A stretch of 26,534 nt of DNA from Bacteroidales bacterium (GTDB lineage Bacteria; Bacteroidota; Bacteroidia; Bacteroidales; UBA7960): positions 1 through 26,534 of the forward strand of contig SLEW01000002.1 in the NCBI GenBank assembly GCA_007124575.1, read 5' to 3'. The translations under genes were made by a program, and so were the position numbers. Position 1 is the first letter of the stretch. Each line of letters opens with the position of its first letter. The notes under the pieces were generated by a model. That model saw nothing but the letters and a program-made list of their open reading frames with translations, ran no database searches and was not told the DNA's origin. This document shows positions 22,488-26,534 of the stretch, piece after piece.

Positions 22488-22739
22488 ATGTCAGAAATAA
22501 GAATTTTAGGCGTTCTGGTAGAGTCCAGAACGGAAGCAGCACAAAAAGTACAGGATATCCTCACCAAATATGGTTGTTCCATCAGAACACGAATGGGGTT
22601 GCATACACTGGAAATGGATGATTGTGAAAACTGCGGGCTGATTATCCTGGAGCTCACAGGGAGCCAGGAAGAATGTATGCGCCTGGAAAACGAGTTATGG
22701 AAACTCGATAATGTTAAAGTACAAAAAATGGTGTTCTGA
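22488..22739 (+). CDS. TM1266-family iron-only hydrogenase system regulator (ACT-like), copy 2
   Basis: LGVLVESR...VQDILTKYGCSIRTRMGLH...GLIILEL...VQKMVF. Confidence 0.85.
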   Translation: MSEIRILGVLVESRTEAAQKVQDILTKYGCSIRTRMGLHTLEMDDCENCGLIILELTGSQEECMRLENELWKLDNVKVQKMVF

Positions 22740-22792
22740 TCCACAAAAGACGATACAGAACATGTTTCATAAGCAAATAAACGAAAATCAAA

Positions 22793-23200
22793 ATGGCTAA
22801 ACTGGTTCATTTTTCTGAAGCAGCATCCCTGGCATTACATGCCATGGTGCTCATTGCTAAATCTGATAATCATATAAACGTAAATAGTATTGCAGAGGAG
22901 ATGGGAGCGTCTAGAAACCATCTGGCAAAAGTTCTTCAACAATTAGTAAAGCACAACTACCTGAAGTCAGTAAGAGGTCCATCTGGCGGTTTTATACTTA
23001 GCAAACCCGCGGATGAGATCAGCATACTTGAAATATATGAAGCCATAGAAGGCAAAATTGATGTCCCGGATTGTCCGTTGGACCGCAAAATATGTCCTTT
23101 TGAAAAGTGCCTCATGAATGGCCTTGTCTCAGATGTGACCATGCAATTTAAAAACTATTTTAAGGAACAGAGCCTGGAAGACTTCGTTACCCGTTCATGA
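22793..23200 (+). CDS. Rrf2-family transcriptional regulator with three Cys (likely Fe-S binding)
   Basis: ALHAMVLIA, SVRGPSGGFIL, IYEAIEG, and the Cys cluster CPLDRKICPFEKC. Confidence 0.92.
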   Translation: MAKLVHFSEAASLALHAMVLIAKSDNHINVNSIAEEMGASRNHLAKVLQQLVKHNYLKSVRGPSGGFILSKPADEISILEIYEAIEGKIDVPDCPLDRKICPFEKCLMNGLVSDVTMQFKNYFKEQSLEDFVTRS

Positions 23201-23261
23201 TCTTGCCGTGATCATTCAGGTATACCTGTCATTTGCTTTCTGGCGTTATGAGAACTATTAC

Positions 23262-24089
23262 ATGATAGTTGAAGCAGCAACCGATACAAATCAAGTTCTG
23301 ATCGCATTTGCGCTGACACTCTTTGCCGGACTTTCTACCGGTATTGGGAGCACCATTGCCTTTCTTGCCAAAAGCACCAACACGAAATTTTTATCTGTAG
23401 CCCTGGGCTTTTCCGGCGGCGTAATGATCTACCTTTCCTTTGTGGAGATATTTCCTGAGGCAAAGGAAATACTGTCTGCAGAAGTAGGATTGCATGGCGG
23501 TTATCTTCTTACCATACTGGCTTTCTTTACAGGAATCCTCTTCATCGCCGTGATAGACAAGCTCGTACCTGAATTTGAAAACCCGCATGAGCTGAAAAGG
23601 GTAGAGCAGATGTATGATAAAGAGCAACTTAAAAACAAAAAACTTTATCGCATGGGCATGATGTCTGCCGTGGCTATCACCCTTCACAATTTCCCCGAAG
23701 GTCTTGCCACCTTCATGGCTGCATTGCAGGATATCAGACTGGGGCTGCCCATAGCCATTGCCATCGCCATTCATAACATTCCTGAAGGAATAGCCGTTTC
23801 TGTGCCGATACACCATTCCACCGGAAGCAAACGCAAGGCTTTTACCTATTCTTTTCTTTCCGGACTGGCCCAGCCCGTGGGTGCACTGGTTGGATTCTTT
23901 ATTCTGATGCCATTCCTGAACGAGGTGGTCTTTGGCTTTCTTTTCGCTGCTGTAGCTGGAATCATGGTGTTCATCTCCCTCGACAGCCTTCTTCCGGCAG
24001 CACGTGAATACGGTGAACCACACCTGGCGCTTTATGGACTAACAGGGGGCATGGCTGTCATGGCCCTGAGCCTTGTGTTCTTTCTTTAG
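23262..24089 (+). CDS. zupT: ZIP-family divalent metal transporter ZupT
   Basis: AGLSTGIGS, GFSGGVMIYLSFVEI, HNFPEG, HNIPEG, AGIMVFIS. Start moved to ATG 23262. Confidence 0.92.
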   Translation: MIVEAATDTNQVLIAFALTLFAGLSTGIGSTIAFLAKSTNTKFLSVALGFSGGVMIYLSFVEIFPEAKEILSAEVGLHGGYLLTILAFFTGILFIAVIDKLVPEFENPHELKRVEQMYDKEQLKNKKLYRMGMMSAVAITLHNFPEGLATFMAALQDIRLGLPIAIAIAIHNIPEGIAVSVPIHHSTGSKRKAFTYSFLSGLAQPVGALVGFFILMPFLNEVVFGFLFAAVAGIMVFISLDSLLPAAREYGEPHLALYGLTGGMAVMALSLVFFL

Positions 24090-24951
24090 ACAGAAAGGCT
24101 TTCACTTTCGCATTTAGCAACCGCATGATCTGCCGGGAAAAACTATTATAATACCGTTTTTGCCTGAATCCCATTACCCAGCGAATGCCGTGTATGGCAT
24201 TGGTAAGAAAAATTTCGTCTGCTGACTCCAGGTCTGCTGTGCTGACCACTCGCTCAGCAACAGGAATGTCATGGTCGGATGCTAATTGCAGGATTACTCT
24301 TCGCATGATGCCATCCACGGCGCCCTGATCTGCCGCCGGGGTTATCAGGCGGTTTTTTCTGACCAGGAAGATGTTTGAGCTTCCTGCTTCCGCAACATGC
24401 CCTTCCTGGTTAAGCAGAATGACATCTCCCAGGCCTTTGTCTCTTTTATAAATACCCGCCAGAACATATAGTTGCGCATTGATGCTTTTTATATCAGCAA
24501 GTGCATTCAGGGGTTTGCTTATCTCAGGATAAACATCGGTAAGTAAGCCTTTGTTGTTGAGCGTATAATTTGGGATGTCCAGCTCCTCTGATTCAATGAG
24601 GTAAGATGCGTTGTTTGTGAATGGAGCATATAAACCACCTTCTTCGCGAAAGAGGGAAAAGCGCACCCTGGCATTACTCCCTGGCCCGTGGGCAGCATCG
24701 GCCAGTTCTATAACAGCGTTTTCGAACATTGTCAAAGACCATGAACTTCCGGTATTAAAATGTAGTTTGTCAGCAGCACGGTTAATGCGATCAAAGTGGT
24801 ATGAGGCCCACAACACTTTTCCCGCCGCTACCCGTATGGTCTCAAAAACGCCATCCCCATAAAGAAATGCGCGGTTCCGGGGAGATAAAGAGAATTCATC
24901 TTCCGGCAATACCTTTCCGTTATACGACAGCATTTTCATGGGTGCAAACAC
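24058..24951 (-). CDS. Class IV aminotransferase / aminodeoxychorismate lyase (PabC-like)
   Basis: NRAFLYGDGVFETIR, IKS, AEAGSSNIF, GIMRR, ADEIFLTNA. The exact start is uncertain (24951, 24939 or 24933). Confidence 0.88.
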   Translation of the reverse strand: MFAPMKMLSYNGKVLPEDEFSLSPRNRAFLYGDGVFETIRVAAGKVLWASYHFDRINRAADKLHFNTGSSWSLTMFENAVIELADAAHGPGSNARVRFSLFREEGGLYAPFTNNASYLIESEELDIPNYTLNNKGLLTDVYPEISKPLNALADIKSINAQLYVLAGIYKRDKGLGDVILLNQEGHVAEAGSSNIFLVRKNRLITPAADQGAVDGIMRRVILQLASDHDIPVAERVVSTADLESADEIFLTNAIHGIRWVMGFRQKRYYNSFSRQIMRLLNAKVKAFLSKERTQGSGP

Positions 24952-25025
24952 AGGTTGGTTTCAGTCCGGAGCATACGTCATGGCTTAGAAGCCGGCAGCT
25001 TGTAAGGGCATACCGGCAAAACCTG

Positions 25026-26534
25026 TTAGTACCGGATATTTAATCTATCGAATGTATCATCCTGAAGGATCTCAATGGCTTTCAAAAAAGCATCATCATC
25101 CTGGTTAATAACCCTTGTATATGCAGCAGTATCAAAAAGATTGCGTGCTATCAGACCTTTGAGCTGCCGTTTTAACCTTCTGTCAGTTTCTTCACAAATA
25201 TCCTCTTCCGGCTCCAGGTCTTGATCTGCTGCATATTCGTAAAGCTTTTGCTTAAGGCTCTGATCTACGTCAAAGTCCGCGATAAAAGCTTCCACGTCAG
25301 GATACCGGGTTGAAAGTTCTTCCCTGTGCTGATTGGTGTATTCTATACCGAAGTTGTTTAATATGCCTCTTCTCACCAATCTTGCATAGAAATCGGAAAC
25401 TTCGGTTGTATCCAGGGGGATAAAGAAGTCAGGCATGATGCCACCGCCGCCATAAACCACCCGCTCATTAATTTTGGTATGATATTTCAGGGAGTCGGGG
25501 AATGAGATGTTTTCGGGGCTTACCATTTCTCCCCGTGAAAGTCTGTCGGAAAGATCCTGGTAATATTCATCACTGCCCTGATCATAGGGTTTCTGTATGC
25601 TTCTTCCTGTGGGTGTATGGTATTGTGCTGTGGTAAGCCTGATGAGTGAACGGTCGGGCAACTCAAAGGGGCGCTGCACCAGCCCCTTGCCGAATGTCCT
25701 ACGGCCTATAACCAATCCTCGATCCCAGTCCTGCAGGGCTCCTGAGAGAATCTCACTGGCTGAGGCACTGCCTTCGTTGACAAGCACTACCACCTTACCC
25801 TCCTTGAAATTACCCCTGAAAGTGCTTTCAAAGTCTTGCCTGGGAGTGGCATGCCCCTCGGTATACACAATCAGCTGGTCACGATCAAGGAACTGATCTG
25901 TCAGATCAATGGCCACATCCAGATAACCACCGGAGTTGAAGTTAAGGTCCAGAATAAGATGTTTCATCCCCTGATCCAAAAGCTTTTCGCTGGCTTCACG
26001 ATATTCACGCATGGTGGTCCTGGAGAAGCGGTTAAGCTTAATGTAGCCGATCTCCGGGGCAGCCATAAATGCAGCATCCAGGGAATTAATGGGAATCCTG
26101 TCGCGTGTAATGGTAAAGTCAAGCAACTCATCAACGCCTGACCTCTTAATTTCCACGTCAACCTCGGTCCCGCGCTCACCACGAAGGTTATCCTGAACAA
26201 ACTCATTGCTTATATCACTCCCGTAGGCTTTCTCCCCATCAATGTTTATGATTTTGTCTCCAGGCAACAGGCCTACCTCTTCAGAAGGACCGCCAGGAAT
26301 GGCACTAATAACCACAATGGTGTCATTTAAAAGGTTAAACTGAATGCCGATACCCTCAAAACTTCCCTCCAGCGGCTCCTCTGCCCGCTGCCTGTCTTTG
26401 GCCGAAAGATATACGCTGTGCGGATCAAGCTCCTTCAGCATGCCCCTGATAGCATCTTCTACCAGCTTTTCATCTTCCAATTCTTCTATATAGGCGAATT
26501 CTATGAACTGTATGGCCCGCTGCAGCTTTTCAAA
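25026..26534 (-). CDS. S41-family C-terminal processing protease (PDZ + S41), 5' end outside the window
   Basis: LDPHS, GIGIQF, DLNFNSGG, catalytic SASASE and TFGKG. The frame stays open to base 26534 (FEKLQRAIQFIEFAYIEEL...). Confidence 0.93.
   Translation of the reverse strand, partial: FEKLQRAIQFIEFAYIEELEDEKLVEDAIRGMLKELDPHSVYLSAKDRQRAEEPLEGSFEGIGIQFNLLNDTIVVISAIPGGPSEEVGLLPGDKIINIDGEKAYGSDISNEFVQDNLRGERGTEVDVEIKRSGVDELLDFTITRDRIPINSLDAAFMAAPEIGYIKLNRFSRTTMREYREASEKLLDQGMKHLILDLNFNSGGYLDVAIDLTDQFLDRDQLIVYTEGHATPRQDFESTFRGNFKEGKVVVLVNEGSASASEILSGALQDWDRGLVIGRRTFGKGLVQRPFELPDRSLIRLTTAQYHTPTGRSIQKPYDQGSDEYYQDLSDRLSRGEMVSPENISFPDSLKYHTKINERVVYGGGGIMPDFFIPLDTTEVSDFYARLVRRGILNNFGIEYTNQHREELSTRYPDVEAFIADFDVDQSLKQKLYEYAADQDLEPEEDICEETDRRLKRQLKGLIARNLFDTAAYTRVINQDDDAFLKAIEILQDDTFDRLNIRY

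Noticed and set aside
25026-26534. Acidic composition of exported proteins (S41 protease, nucleotidase lipoprotein) as a halophile signature
   Set aside because: An impression from two proteins only. It needs a proteome-wide pI calculation, and cytoplasmic proteins here are not obviously acidic.
1-26534. tRNA/rRNA genes, CRISPR arrays, IS elements, prophage or defence genes
   Set aside because: None is recognisable. The window is almost fully tiled by identifiable CDS with short intergenic gaps and no repeated spacer structure.

Overview
Core-genome window, probably from an anaerobic Bacteroidota/Bacteroidales bacterium. This is inferred from TAnnTTTG promoter boxes, Bacteroidota-style DnaA, and the dnaA-LMW-PTP-methyltransferase gene order. 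The left ~6.7 kb holds housekeeping genes on the minus strand: ribD, yigZ, a split 5'-nucleotidase pair, dnaA, an LMW-PTP, a serine racemase/dehydratase-like gene and a partial methyltransferase. The centre is a ~17 kb [FeFe]-hydrogenase signalling island built around a divergent promoter at 10189-10471. Leftward is an hfsA/hfsB/hfsC-like unit: a 2Fe-2S protein, a PAS-containing hydrogenase-like sensor with a strongly altered H-cluster pocket (including a Cys->His change at a cluster ligand), and a PP2C/SpoIIE phosphatase. Rightward is an apparently single 9-gene operon: a divergent HydC-HydB-HydA trimer, a group C hydrogenase fused to a histidine kinase, a stand-alone receiver, a receiver-kinase hybrid, Rex, a RibF-like FAD synthetase with a decayed kinase domain, and an MBL hydrolase. 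Next come hydG, two tandem TM1266-type regulators, an Rrf2 regulator and zupT. The right end has a PabC-like class IV aminotransferase and a 5'-truncated S41 protease. The best candidate for an undescribed system is this combination: a HydABC with all Fe-S ligands intact but eroded NADH/FMN and 2Fe-subsite motifs, co-transcribed with a kinase cascade and facing a paralogous phosphatase-linked sensor. It may be a multi-input H2/redox-sensing apparatus rather than a metabolic hydrogenase. No RNA genes, CRISPR arrays or mobile elements were seen.
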